Below are positions 1 to 9,766 of a stretch of 64,000 bases of DNA, one piece after another. This DNA comes from an uncultured Pseudomonadales bacterium. Its GTDB lineage: Bacteria > Patescibacteriota > Microgenomatia > UBA1400 > PJMF01. The translations under genes and the position numbers were made by a program. Numbering within the stretch: the first letter of the stretch is position 1; the number at the start of each line of letters is the position of its first letter. Under the pieces are notes generated by a model. The model saw only the letters and a list, made by a program, of their open reading frames with translations. It was not told the DNA's origin and made no database searches. The stretch covers positions 193,841 to 257,840 of the forward strand of contig CAZWKL010000001.1 in assembly GCA_964633875.1 (NCBI GenBank). Reading direction: 5' to 3'.

Positions 1-1
1 T

Positions 2-253
2 TTCAAGTCTGTACGAGCTAGGTTTATCAGCCACATTCTGGATTGAAAATGCCAGAGCAGGTAAAATGCCAAAACCAACTGTGGGCGGCGGGGGTGGCGG
101 CGGATGAGTGGCTCGCCAATAGGTAGCAAAGGCGCTGATAGCTACTCGAGAGACCATCAGCGTTATCAACAACAGCGCTCCATATTTGACAACTTTGCGG
201 CCCACAAGAGTAACTTGAGTCAAAGTAGGTCCGGTTTGGGCTTCGGTGCTCAT
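2..253 (-). CDS. Hypothetical single-pass membrane protein with poly-Pro linker; runs off the window edge, not in ORF track
   Basis: ATG at 253 reads MSTEAQTGPTLTQVTLVGRKVVKYGALLLITLMVSRVAISAFATYWRATHPPPPPPPTVGFGILPALAF..., open to the window edge; TM helix then P7-TVGFG; divergent from trmD. Confidence 0.75.
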   Translation of the reverse strand, partial: MSTEAQTGPTLTQVTLVGRKVVKYGALLLITLMVSRVAISAFATYWRATHPPPPPPPTVGFGILPALAFSIQNVADKPSSYRLE

Positions 254-303
254 ATCTAGCGTCTATAGTATCAGGAATTAAGGTGAGGTAAAATACCCTC
301 ACC

Positions 304-951
304 ATGAAGATCACCATTTTAACGCTTTTTCCCACTTATTTCATCTCACCTTTTGAGCAGTCTATTTTGAAACGGGCCTTGGAACAGAAATTGGTAGAAG
401 TGGAAGTCGTTGATGTTCGCGATTTTTCCCAGGATAAACACAGAAAAGCCGATGACCGGCCTTTTGGTGGTGGTCCTGGCATGGTGATGATGGTTGAACC
501 GATTGATTTGGCGCTACAAAGTGTCAAAAAGAAAAGCCAAAGCGGCAAAAGGAAAGTGGTCCTCACTTCGGCTAAGGGGAAGTTGTACGACCAACAAAAA
601 GCTTTGGCTTATAGTAAACTTGACGAACTGGTGATCATTTGCGGTCATTACGAAGGGGTGGATGAGCGAGTGGCTGAGCACTTAATCGATGAAGAAATTA
701 GGATTGGCGACTATGTTTTAACCGGCGGTGAGCCAGCAGCAGCGGTGATTGCTGACAGCTTAATCCGTCTCCTCCCCGGAGTGTTGGGTAACGAAGAAAG
801 TTTTTTGGATGAATCGCACGCGGTTCCGGGCCAACTTGGTTATCCTCAATATACCAGGCCACAAAACTATCGAGGTTGGGAAGTGCCTGAGGTTTTAGTA
901 ACCGGTGATCATGCCAAGATCAAAGAGTGGCGGGAAAAACAGAAACAATAA
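304..951 (+). CDS. trmD: tRNA (guanine37-N1)-methyltransferase
   Basis: DDRPFGGGPGMVM, ICGHYEGVDERV, IGDYVLTGGE, YPQYTRP motifs. Confidence 0.98.
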   Translation: MKITILTLFPTYFISPFEQSILKRALEQKLVEVEVVDVRDFSQDKHRKADDRPFGGGPGMVMMVEPIDLALQSVKKKSQSGKRKVVLTSAKGKLYDQQKALAYSKLDELVIICGHYEGVDERVAEHLIDEEIRIGDYVLTGGEPAAAVIADSLIRLLPGVLGNEESFLDESHAVPGQLGYPQYTRPQNYRGWEVPEVLVTGDHAKIKEWREKQKQ

Positions 952-952
952 C

Positions 953-1831
953 TTAAAACTCGATTTGAGCAATTGCCTCAACAATAGGGGTAAATTTAAT
1001 TTCCAGCTCTCGCTGCAATTTTTCTGAGTTTAAAGCGGTATTTTTTTGGTAAGGCCGGTTGAGGCTGGCCAGATAACTATTGAGATCACCGGCTTGAATT
1101 TCGCTGTTAAAACCGTGAGCGTTTTTAATTGCCAAGGCAAAATCATAATCAGACCACTTTTCTCCACTGGCAGCATGGTAAAGACCGGTGCGGTTTTGGG
1201 CAATGACGGCATCAAGCACTCGAGCAAAGTCCGGCAAGAAAGTGGGGCCGAAAAAGTGATTTTTGAACTGAGGGTATAAGCTGTTGTTTTGCAGCCCTCC
1301 AACGATGCTATGGGCAATGTCTTTTTTAGGAAACGGTTTGGGCTTGAAAGGCTGGTCGATTCTGAGAATAGTCCAAGACAGCCCTTCAATATTCTGAATG
1401 ATCGTTTCCGCTTCAGCCTTGGTTTGGCCATACCACTCAATCGGGTTGATGGGGTCGTTCTCGAGGTAAAGCTCTGTTTTTTCACCATTAAAAACATAGG
1501 CGGTTGAAATGTGAATCAAGTGCTGGTTGTTTTTTTGAGCCTCTAAAGCAAGATTTTCAGTGCCAGTGACGTTAACTTTATAAGCCAGGCCATCTTTGTT
1601 ACCACGCTGCTCCCAGGCAGCGGTAACATCGGTAAAGGCCGCCAGATGAATAATCGCTTTAGCTTTAGATTCACCTAAAACTCGTGCCACCGCCTTACGG
1701 TTAGTAATATCAACCGGATTGACTGGATTACTAATATCTACTGGCTCAATCAAGTACTTATCACTAAAACTACTAATAAAACTTGAAGCTACCAAACCAT
1801 TAGAGCCAGTCACTAAAACGGGTTGCTTCAT
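953..1831 (-). CDS. rmlD: dTDP-4-dehydrorhamnose reductase
   Basis: VLVTGSNGLVA, IHLAAFTDV, HISTAYVF, YGQTK; start taken at MKQPVL (1831), ATGA overlap with rmlC stop. Confidence 0.9.
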   Translation of the reverse strand: MKQPVLVTGSNGLVASSFISSFSDKYLIEPVDISNPVNPVDITNRKAVARVLGESKAKAIIHLAAFTDVTAAWEQRGNKDGLAYKVNVTGTENLALEAQKNNQHLIHISTAYVFNGEKTELYLENDPINPIEWYGQTKAEAETIIQNIEGLSWTILRIDQPFKPKPFPKKDIAHSIVGGLQNNSLYPQFKNHFFGPTFLPDFARVLDAVIAQNRTGLYHAASGEKWSDYDFALAIKNAHGFNSEIQAGDLNSYLASLNRPYQKNTALNSEKLQRELEIKFTPIVEAIAQIEF

Positions 1832-2436
1832 GCAAATTTTTCCGGGTACTTGTCCCTGAGTGAGACAGAGCTTCTGTCTCTTTCCGAAATAATCATTTTT
1901 TCTTGAGGAATTGGCCAATTGACAGCCAGATCTTTATCAAATAAGGAGATAGCCAGGTCGTTATTGAGGTTGCGCCCAGCATACAGGGCATCAACGGCGT
2001 AAAGGTAATATGCTGGCCCTTCTAGCACCGCGAACGAATTGGCCAGCCCTCGGGAAATGTACAAAGAACCCTGTAGCTCGCCTTCATCCGGACCAAAAAC
2101 AAAAGTTTCGACTTTCCCAAACGTGGCGGAGCCAGGACGGACGTCGGCCAGGGCGGAGAAACACCGGCCGGTTAGCACGGTAGCCAGTTTATTCCAATCC
2201 TCAGCGTGCATACCTCTAGCGACATTAGTAACAGACATCGACAAGTTGGTTTGTTTGATCATAAACTTGTCACCGGTCAGCTCGTCAATTTCTGGAACGC
2301 GTGCCAGCTCGGTGTAAAAACCGCGATTGTCGGCAAATATCCGGTGAGGCAGGTAGTAAAGGCCATCAATGCCGGTGCTGAACACCCCTGGACGTAACTC
2401 TTCGGCCTCTTCTTTTGAGTAGCTAAAACTTATCAC
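1828..2436 (-). CDS. rmlC: dTDP-4-dehydrorhamnose 3,5-epimerase
   Basis: FADNRGFY, RGMHAEDWNK, DVRPGSATFG, GLANSF, ISERD; probable GTG start at 2436 (ORF track extends to 2478). Confidence 0.9.
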   Translation of the reverse strand: MISFSYSKEEAEELRPGVFSTGIDGLYYLPHRIFADNRGFYTELARVPEIDELTGDKFMIKQTNLSMSVTNVARGMHAEDWNKLATVLTGRCFSALADVRPGSATFGKVETFVFGPDEGELQGSLYISRGLANSFAVLEGPAYYLYAVDALYAGRNLNNDLAISLFDKDLAVNWPIPQEKMIISERDRSSVSLRDKYPEKFA

Positions 2437-2449
2437 TGGCGCCTTTCTG

Positions 2450-3469
2450 TCATTTTGCTGGTTGATAATTAGCTGCAAAAAAGTCTTGGCTTTTTAATTT
2501 GAGCGGTTGCCACCACTGTGGATTAGCTCTGTACCAATCAATAGTTTTGCTTAGGCCTTCTTCAATAGTCACTGAAGGCTTCCAGCCAAGGTCGCGATTA
2601 ATTTTTGTCCAATCCACACTGTAGCGCTTGTCGTGTCCGGCCCGGTCTTTAACATGTTCAATCATCTCGGTAGAAGCGCCCATGAGCGAGATAATCATTT
2701 CCAGCACTTGCTTGTTGGGGACGTCTTCAGTCAGGCCGCCCACCAGGTAAGTTTCGCCATTGTTGGCGTTATTAAGCACGACCTCGATAGCCGAACAATG
2801 ATCTTGCACGTACAGCCAGTCGCGCACTTGCAGGCCATCGCCGTAGAGTGGCACTTTTTTACCCTCAAGTAGCTGAGTAACGGCCAGGGCAATAAATTTC
2901 TCCGGGTGTTGGTACTCGCCGTAGTTGTTGGAGCAATTGGTGATGGTAAAAGGCAAACCGTAAGTTTCGCCGTAAGCGCGAACTAGATGGTCTGAGCCAG
3001 CTTTGCTGGCTGAATAAGGGCTGCGCGGATCATAGGGTGTGTTTTCATTGAACTGCTTATCGCTGCCCAGTTCCAGCGTGCCGAAAACTTCGTCTGTGGA
3101 AATGTGATGAAATTTTTTAATTTTGTGAGTCAAGGCAGCGTCCAACAAAACCTGAGTGCCCATGATATTAGTTTCCAAAAACACTGCCGGATTGAGAATT
3201 GATCTGTCTACGTGGCTTTCAGCCGCAAAATGAACAATCATCTCTACGTCTGCCACAATTTTATTAACCAACTCACGGTTAATAATATTGCCCTCCACAA
3301 AAGTGTAATTGGGATTGGTTTTCAAAGTCGCAAGATTTTCAAGATTGCCGGCATAAGTGAGAGCATCCAGATTGATGATTTTATCCTCGGGGTATTTTTT
3401 CATCCAGTAATGAATGAAGTTTGAGCCGATAAAGCCGGCTCCTCCGGTCACCAAAAGAGTATTGCTCAT
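2450..3469 (-). CDS. rmlB: dTDP-glucose 4,6-dehydratase
   Basis: GGAGFIG, HFAAESHVDRSI, HISTDEVFG, SPYSASK, NCSNNYG, RDWLYV. Confidence 0.97.
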   Translation of the reverse strand: MSNTLLVTGGAGFIGSNFIHYWMKKYPEDKIINLDALTYAGNLENLATLKTNPNYTFVEGNIINRELVNKIVADVEMIVHFAAESHVDRSILNPAVFLETNIMGTQVLLDAALTHKIKKFHHISTDEVFGTLELGSDKQFNENTPYDPRSPYSASKAGSDHLVRAYGETYGLPFTITNCSNNYGEYQHPEKFIALAVTQLLEGKKVPLYGDGLQVRDWLYVQDHCSAIEVVLNNANNGETYLVGGLTEDVPNKQVLEMIISLMGASTEMIEHVKDRAGHDKRYSVDWTKINRDLGWKPSVTIEEGLSKTIDWYRANPQWWQPLKLKSQDFFAANYQPAK

Positions 3470-3636
3470 CTTACTTCTCCTTGTTGCAGTTGCATGATTC
3501 TTTTTTCAAGGCGAGTGGTTTTTCTGACTTCATAGCCATAAACAGTGTAATAATAGCCGGCCATAATAGCCAAAATTACTACTAGAGCGACCAAAAATCT
3601 GAAGACTTGCTGGTGGGTGAATGGTGGTTTTTCCAT
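3466..3636 (-). CDS. Small (56 aa) single-pass membrane protein, below ORF-track cutoff
   Basis: MEKPPFTHQQVFRFLVALVVILAIMAGYYYTVYGYEVRKTTRLEKRIMQLQQGEVR*; starts 4 nt after the LCP stop and its TGA overlaps the rmlB ATG, filling the gap exactly. Confidence 0.75.
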   Translation of the reverse strand: MEKPPFTHQQVFRFLVALVVILAIMAGYYYTVYGYEVRKTTRLEKRIMQLQQGEVR

Positions 3637-3640
3637 AGGT

Positions 3641-4735
3641 TTATTCGGTTTGACTAATTATAGCCGATTCGTTGGTGAAAATACTTTGCACTTGTTTTTC
3701 CAGAGCAGTTTGATCACGGACAGCATAAACCCACTGATTTTGATAAGCACGCACCGGCGGATGCCAAAGAGCGCCACTTTCGTCATCGGGGTAAATGGTG
3801 AGTGAGTGTGGGTTGAGGGCAATATCTTGGCGCACTGGAGCGAGTTGTTTCACTAAAGCCGCCAACTCGACTATGGGCAGGTACTGATCATATTGGTTGA
3901 GATAATGCTGGTAGAGTTTGCCCAAAAGCGCCAGGTCAAGGATGATATCGGGACTCATGATTTTCTGAATCAGCGAGTTAATAACCAGTTGTTGACGCTC
4001 AGACCTGGCTAGATCGTGACCTTGATCATCATCGCTGTGACGACTGCGAATATACTCCAGGGCTCTCTCCCCACTCATGGTTTCCGGACCCTCCACAAAC
4101 GTCACGGTTTTGTAAAGTTTGGCAGGATCCCGTTCGACTGTGACGTCAACATCAGAGCGCGGAAACTGCTCATCGGTAAAGCCCTGAGGCACGTCTATCT
4201 TGATACCGCCAATTAAATCAACCAACTCAGCCAGCGAATCCATAGAAATCACCACCGTATGATGAACTGGCACATCGAGCATCTCAGCGATAGTTTCAGC
4301 GGGAAATCTCTCCGGCTCAGTCGGGTAGCGCTCTTGTCCGTAATAGTAAAGAGCATTGATTTTGGTAAGGTAGGTATCGCTCCAAAGGTCTCGGGGCAGC
4401 GATAGGGTATTGATCCGGCCGCTGGGAAGGTGAACAGAGGCTAACATGATGGTGTCTGTGAGCGGCGGCGCTCCTCCACGATTTTCGTGAGAATCAATGC
4501 CTAGAATCAGGATGTTTTTGTAATCGTTGCTGGCAATGACGGGAGTCTGCCAAGCTTCCTGAGCTAAAGCTCTCATTTCTGTGAAAGTCAGACCGGAATG
4601 CTCAGAAAATATTTTTAGTTGAGAGTAAAGGTAAAAACCCATGCCGCCGGCAAAAACTGCTGAAAAAACAAAAACCACTGCCAAACCGGACAAAATTACT
4701 ACCAAAAGCCTCTTAGCCAGCTCTTTATTTGTCAT
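3641..4735 (-). CDS. LytR-CpsA-Psr (LCP) family glycopolymer transferase
   Basis: N-terminal TM; NILILGID, TDTIML, SLPRDLW, KINALY, ALEYIRSRH, DLARSERQQ. Confidence 0.93.
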   Translation of the reverse strand: MTNKELAKRLLVVILSGLAVVFVFSAVFAGGMGFYLYSQLKIFSEHSGLTFTEMRALAQEAWQTPVIASNDYKNILILGIDSHENRGGAPPLTDTIMLASVHLPSGRINTLSLPRDLWSDTYLTKINALYYYGQERYPTEPERFPAETIAEMLDVPVHHTVVISMDSLAELVDLIGGIKIDVPQGFTDEQFPRSDVDVTVERDPAKLYKTVTFVEGPETMSGERALEYIRSRHSDDDQGHDLARSERQQLVINSLIQKIMSPDIILDLALLGKLYQHYLNQYDQYLPIVELAALVKQLAPVRQDIALNPHSLTIYPDDESGALWHPPVRAYQNQWVYAVRDQTALEKQVQSIFTNESAIISQTE

Positions 4736-4788
4736 ATTTATTGTTCTAATCTTATCACTCTTCCTTGTTTTAGGTTACAATAATTTCT

Positions 4789-6480
4789 ATGAACTTGAAA
4801 CGGCTGTTTGTACCACTTGCTCTGGTAATAATTATTTTTGCTTGTAGCTGGTCGCTATTCCGTCCTGGTTTATTCGTTGTGCATGATTATCTTCACGCGG
4901 CCAGGATTGGAGAAATGGTCAGCATGCTGGCCGATGGCCAGCTGCCTCCCCGGTGGAGCAGTAATTTTGGTTTTGGGTATGGAATGCCACTTTTTCAGTT
5001 TTACGCGCCGCTACCTTATTTGCTTGGTTCCGCCTTTCATTTTGGCGGCTTACCCCTGGAACTAAATATCAAATTGCTGTTTATCCTCACCAATATCATG
5101 ACCGCAGTCGGGACATACTTATTGGGTAAAAGATTGTTTGGAATTTATGGCGGAATTTTTGCCGCTGCCGCTGTGACGCTGGCTCCTTATCGGGCGCTAA
5201 ATTTGTTTGTCCGGGGGGCATTAAGTGAAGCCTTTGGCATGATGTTTTTTCCTTGGATTTTACTATCTTTGTACTTAATTATTATCGAAAACCGCTCCCG
5301 TTATTGGTTGTTACTCAGCGTTGCTGTCACGGCGCTGCTGTTGAGTCATAATTTGTCTGCCTTGATTTTCCTGCCTCTATCGGGAATCACGGCCTTGGGC
5401 ATGATTGTTTGGAAAAAATACTCTCAAGGCAGTAAGCTGGAGTTGCGTCAAAGTTTGTTTAGCTTAATTAAAGGATACAGCTTGGCAGCGCTGATTTCTG
5501 CGTTTTACACCGTGCCGGCGCTGTTGGAGAAAAGTCACACTAAAGTGGACCAATTTATTGTCGGTGGCTATTTTGATTACGCCGTGCATTTTTTGGGACT
5601 CAAGCAATTTTTCACGGAAAATTGGGGTTATGGGGCTTCGGCTTACGGCATGTATGATGAGATTTCTTTCTACCTGGGTTTTGGCCAAATTTTGGCCTTG
5701 GGAACGGCGTTGTTAGTGTTGATAGCCCTGATGATTAAAAACAAAAATATCAAAAGTTACGTCCCAAGTTTTTTTTGGGCAGGACTGCTGTTGATCACTC
5801 TTTATTTCACTCATGGTAAGTCGAAATTTGTTTGGGATTGGGTTGAGCCGCTCAAGTATCTGCAATTTCCTTGGAGGTGGTTAAGCGCCGCCACTCTTTT
5901 CCTAGCTTTATTCTCGGGGAGCGTGTTGGCCTTGTTGAAGCCAAAATTGAGTAAGTTGGTGTTCGTGAGCTTCTCTGTTTTAATAATTTTAGTCAATTGG
6001 CGCTATTTTACTCCGAGCGAATACTTGGAAAACAACAGCGAGCTTTATTATCTGGACGAGGCGCGGATCAAAAACGAGCTGAGCTACATTTTGCCTGATT
6101 ACATTCCTGTCGAACTTGAAGCAAACCTTGAACCGGCCAAAACTGAGTTTTTCGACGAGTACGCAGGATTGGAAGTAATCTCGTTCAACTCGGTGAGCAC
6201 AGAAATTAAAACCCATTTTGAGGAGGCGCAAACAATTATCTTTGCCCGGGCTGATTATCCTGGTTGGAAAGTTTATCTCAACGGCAAAGAAACCGCCAAG
6301 AGAGTGACGGAATCGGGTTTGATTGGCGTGGCGGTGCCTGCTGGCGAGAATCAAGTGGAAGTGAAGCTGGAAGCGACTCGAGTGAGGCAAGTCAGCGACC
6401 TCGTTGCTGCTGTTGGGTTGGTAATTTTGTTATTCTTCGCTACACTTGAGCTTATTAAAGGACAAAAAGCGCATGCCTGA
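4789..6480 (+). CDS. Polytopic GT-C-type membrane glycosyltransferase (PTPS-related/YfhO-like)
   Basis: HDY near N-terminus, PRW...GYGMPLFQFYAPLPY, RGALSE, LQFPWR, C-terminal YPGWKVYLNG soluble domain, many TM segments. Confidence 0.75.
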   Translation: MNLKRLFVPLALVIIIFACSWSLFRPGLFVVHDYLHAARIGEMVSMLADGQLPPRWSSNFGFGYGMPLFQFYAPLPYLLGSAFHFGGLPLELNIKLLFILTNIMTAVGTYLLGKRLFGIYGGIFAAAAVTLAPYRALNLFVRGALSEAFGMMFFPWILLSLYLIIIENRSRYWLLLSVAVTALLLSHNLSALIFLPLSGITALGMIVWKKYSQGSKLELRQSLFSLIKGYSLAALISAFYTVPALLEKSHTKVDQFIVGGYFDYAVHFLGLKQFFTENWGYGASAYGMYDEISFYLGFGQILALGTALLVLIALMIKNKNIKSYVPSFFWAGLLLITLYFTHGKSKFVWDWVEPLKYLQFPWRWLSAATLFLALFSGSVLALLKPKLSKLVFVSFSVLIILVNWRYFTPSEYLENNSELYYLDEARIKNELSYILPDYIPVELEANLEPAKTEFFDEYAGLEVISFNSVSTEIKTHFEEAQTIIFARADYPGWKVYLNGKETAKRVTESGLIGVAVPAGENQVEVKLEATRVRQVSDLVAAVGLVILLFFATLELIKGQKAHA

Positions 6481-7939
6481 AACTGAGCTAGCGATTATTA
6501 AACGCCGGTCGTTGGTGGGAGCGATCTCATACTTCCTCAGAACCTTGGTGCTACAAGGCATTGGTTTTATTTCCATTATAGTTTTGAGTAAATTTTTCTC
6601 ACCTGAGGACTTTGGGATTTACGGCATTGTCATTCAAATTATCGGGATTTTGATTTTCTTTTCCGATATTGGTTTGGCCGCTTCTTTGATTCAGAAAAAA
6701 GCAGAGCCCACTAAAAAAGATTTGCAAACAGTTTTTGCTATTCAACAAATCTTGTCCTGGCTAATTGTGGGCGCAGTAGTGCTTTTAAGCCAGCTGGCCT
6801 TAATCCAGAACAAACTTGGACCTGATGGCACTTGGGTTTTGTATGCTTTGGCTATTTCTTTCCCGCTGGCCACCCTCAAGACTATCCCCTCAGTAATTTT
6901 GGAAAGAAAGTTGGAGTTTTCCAAGTTGGTGCTGCCACAAATATTTGAACAACTGGTTTTTCACAGTATTCTGATTTATTTGGCTTGGAACGGTGTGGGA
7001 GTTTTGGCTTATGCTTACGCAGTCATTGCCCGCTCAATTATTGGCGTGATAGTGATGAGCCTGATTCAACCCTGGCCGTTTGGCATCCGGCTGGACAAAA
7101 AGTCATTACTGGGACTGATTAATTTTGGAGTCAAGTTTCAACTCAACGACTTTCTGGCTAGAGTTAAAGATCAGCTTTTTTATCTGACTCTAGGTTTGGT
7201 TATTCCCACTCGCCAGTTTGGTTATATTCAGTGGGCTAAAAGTTGGTCGATGTATCCTTATAATTTAACTGTCCAAAATGTTTTAGCCATCACCTTTCCC
7301 AGTTTTTCACGCTTACAACATAATAAAGCGGCGCTAGCTAAAGCTATAGAAAAATCTCTTTTCTTTATCACTTTGGTTATTTTTCCCATTATAGTTGGTA
7401 TGTCTTTGTTTATTATTCCTTTACTGACTTTGATTCCTGATTATCAAAAATGGCTGCCAGCCGCTGCCAGCTTGATTCTGTTTAGTGCCAGTATTGCTTG
7501 GGGAGCAGTTTCTACCCCACTCACCAACACCCTCAACGCCATCGGCCAAATCAACCAAACCCTCAAACTCATGCTTTTATGGACGACACTTACCTGGATA
7601 CTGACTCCGGTTTTGTATGTTCTTTTGGGTTTCAACGGTGTTGCTTGGGCGGCGTTATTGATCAGCTTTACTTCAGCGCTGTCGGTTTATTATGTGCAAA
7701 AAGCAGTCTCGTTCAGTTTTCTGGACCAAGTTTGGCGACAGACTCTCGCTAGCCTGGTGATGGTGGTGCTTGGCTTGTTTGGTTGGCAGTATTGGCAGCA
7801 AGGTTTTACTCAACTACTAACAGGAATGCTCTTGGTAGGAGCCAGCTATCCGGCTGTACTTTTATTGATAGGAAAAGATAAAATACTTTCAGAAATCAAC
7901 TTGATACTAGCTATTGTCCGCCGGAAAGGAACAGCGTGA
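6473..7939 (+). CDS. Wzx-type polysaccharide flippase
   Basis: LSKFFSPEDFGIYG, DIGLAASLIQK, LERKLEF, FPSFSRLQ; about 12-14 TM; start taken at MPETEL. Confidence 0.9.
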   Translation: MPETELAIIKRRSLVGAISYFLRTLVLQGIGFISIIVLSKFFSPEDFGIYGIVIQIIGILIFFSDIGLAASLIQKKAEPTKKDLQTVFAIQQILSWLIVGAVVLLSQLALIQNKLGPDGTWVLYALAISFPLATLKTIPSVILERKLEFSKLVLPQIFEQLVFHSILIYLAWNGVGVLAYAYAVIARSIIGVIVMSLIQPWPFGIRLDKKSLLGLINFGVKFQLNDFLARVKDQLFYLTLGLVIPTRQFGYIQWAKSWSMYPYNLTVQNVLAITFPSFSRLQHNKAALAKAIEKSLFFITLVIFPIIVGMSLFIIPLLTLIPDYQKWLPAAASLILFSASIAWGAVSTPLTNTLNAIGQINQTLKLMLLWTTLTWILTPVLYVLLGFNGVAWAALLISFTSALSVYYVQKAVSFSFLDQVWRQTLASLVMVVLGLFGWQYWQQGFTQLLTGMLLVGASYPAVLLLIGKDKILSEINLILAIVRRKGTA

Positions 7940-8844
7940 GTTTATCTGCAGTGATCAACACCAAAAACGCCGTTAGCTCCAACTTTGACCATAAATTTGA
8001 GGACACTCTCAAGTCTGTCAAGTTTGCTGATGAAATTGTTGTGGTGGATATGCACAGTAGTGACGCAACGGTTAAAGTCGCCAAAAAGTACACTGATAAA
8101 ATTTTTGAATTTGATGATCTGGGCTTTGTGGAACCTGCCAGAAATTTCGCTATTTCCAAGGCCACTCAGGAGTGGGTGTTGATAGTAGACGCTGACGAAA
8201 TTATCAGTCCCACCCTAAAAAAACGTATCCAAGCCTTGGTGGGCGGTGATGCTACCGCCGATGCTTATTTCCTGCCGAGAAAAAATATTGTTTTCAAACG
8301 CTGGTACGAGCACGCCGGTTGGTGGCCGGATTATCAGCTCAGACTTTTTAAGAAAGAAGTAGTCACTTGGTCTGACAAAATACATTCTCAGCCAAGAATT
8401 AAAGGCACCGCTGATTACTTGGCCAAACGCGAGGACTACGCCATCGTTCACTACAACTACCAAACAGTCGAGCAGTATATTGAAAGGCTTAACCGCTATA
8501 CCAGTCACGAAGCACGGCAGCGTGAACAAAAAAATATTACGGGCGGCACCATCGTTGAGTCATTTAGCGCCGAAGCCATGAGCCGGCTTTTTCTTCATCG
8601 TGGGGTAGACGCTGGCGCTCACGGAGTTGGTATTTCTCTCTTGCAAACTTTTTATGAAGTGGCGGTAGTGCTAAAGCAGTGGGAGCTCCAGGGTTTTCCC
8701 AAATCAGATAACAAAAATGACACCATCAAAGAATTGGAAGCGTTGCAGTTTACCCTCAACTTTTGGTTAGCTGATTGGCACGCAAAAAATAATAAAGGTA
8801 TTTCTAGGCTTATTTGGAGGCTCCGGCGCAAGCTTGGGTTATAA
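7936..8844 (+). CDS. GT2 glycosyltransferase (WaaE/KdtX-like)
   Basis: DEIVVVD..S.D.T, ARNFAI, VDADE, GWWPDYQLRLF. Confidence 0.92.
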   Translation: MSLSAVINTKNAVSSNFDHKFEDTLKSVKFADEIVVVDMHSSDATVKVAKKYTDKIFEFDDLGFVEPARNFAISKATQEWVLIVDADEIISPTLKKRIQALVGGDATADAYFLPRKNIVFKRWYEHAGWWPDYQLRLFKKEVVTWSDKIHSQPRIKGTADYLAKREDYAIVHYNYQTVEQYIERLNRYTSHEARQREQKNITGGTIVESFSAEAMSRLFLHRGVDAGAHGVGISLLQTFYEVAVVLKQWELQGFPKSDNKNDTIKELEALQFTLNFWLADWHAKNNKGISRLIWRLRRKLGL

Positions 8845-8851
8845 TAATATC

Positions 8852-9766
8852 GTGTTGCATGTATCGATTATCATCGTTGATTATAATAGCCACCGGGACA
8901 CTCGGGAGTGCTTGCTGTCATTGGATAAAATCAAAGCCAAGGGCTTTAAGTGGAACGCCATTATTATTGATAATGGTTCCAAAGAACCGTTGGTATTGCC
9001 GCCAAACCTGATTAATAATAACTTCGAACTGATTCGCAGCTCTTCCAACCTGGGCTTTACCGGCGGCAACAACATGGGCATTTATCATTCTATTGAAAAA
9101 TATAACTCTGATTACGTGGTACTGCTCAATAATGACACCGTTGTGGATCCCCACTTCCTGCAAGCACTGTTTGAGTGTATTGAGGAAAATCCCAAGTACG
9201 GGATTGTCGGCTCGAAAATTTACTTTTATCAAGGTAACGAGTTCCACCAAAATAGCTACAAAAAAGACCAGCTTGGCCAGGTTTTGTGGTATGCCGGCGG
9301 CAGCATTGATTGGCAGCATCTGGCCGCATTTCACCGGGGAGTGGATGAAGTTGATCGAGGACAGTTTGACCAACAAAAAACCAGTGATTTTGCCACTGGT
9401 TGCTCGCTGATCATCGGGCGGGAAATCCTCGAAAAAGTAGGCACTTTGGATAAGCGCTACTTTTTGTATTTAGAAGATGTCGATCTGAGTATGAGAGCCA
9501 GAAAAGCCGGTTATGAAATTGGTTTTTGCCCGGAATCTAAGGTGTGGCACAAAAATGCCAGTTCATCGGGAGGTTCAGGTTCAACTATTCATGATTACTA
9601 TCAAGCCAGAAACAGATTGTTGTTTGCGGCTACTCACGGCGACTGGCAGGCTTGGTTGGCTGCCATCAGACTTGCTTGGCAAGATTTTTTATCAGGCAAC
9701 GAAAAAAAGCGCCAAGGAGTGCTGCATGCTCTTACCAATCAATTCGGAAAGCAACCGGTAGTATGA
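8852..9766 (+). CDS. GT2 glycosyltransferase (rhamnosyltransferase-like)
   Basis: IDNGS, NLGFTGGNN, LLNNDT, YLEDVDL, VWH; start placed at GTG 8852, 6 nt after TATAAT. Confidence 0.9.
   Translation: MLHVSIIIVDYNSHRDTRECLLSLDKIKAKGFKWNAIIIDNGSKEPLVLPPNLINNNFELIRSSSNLGFTGGNNMGIYHSIEKYNSDYVVLLNNDTVVDPHFLQALFECIEENPKYGIVGSKIYFYQGNEFHQNSYKKDQLGQVLWYAGGSIDWQHLAAFHRGVDEVDRGQFDQQKTSDFATGCSLIIGREILEKVGTLDKRYFLYLEDVDLSMRARKAGYEIGFCPESKVWHKNASSSGGSGSTIHDYYQARNRLLFAATHGDWQAWLAAIRLAWQDFLSGNEKKRQGVLHALTNQFGKQPVV

Noticed and set aside
27-335. 102-aa minus-strand ORF from the track
   Set aside because: Overlaps the trmD start; another minus frame (ATG 253) gives a far more protein-like product
1832-1918. 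N-terminal extensions in the ORF track (rmlD here; also 6446, 9652, 10566, 12556, 19869, 54806)
   Set aside because: They overlap upstream genes or promoters; downstream starts match family N-termini, stop-start overlaps or -10 spacing
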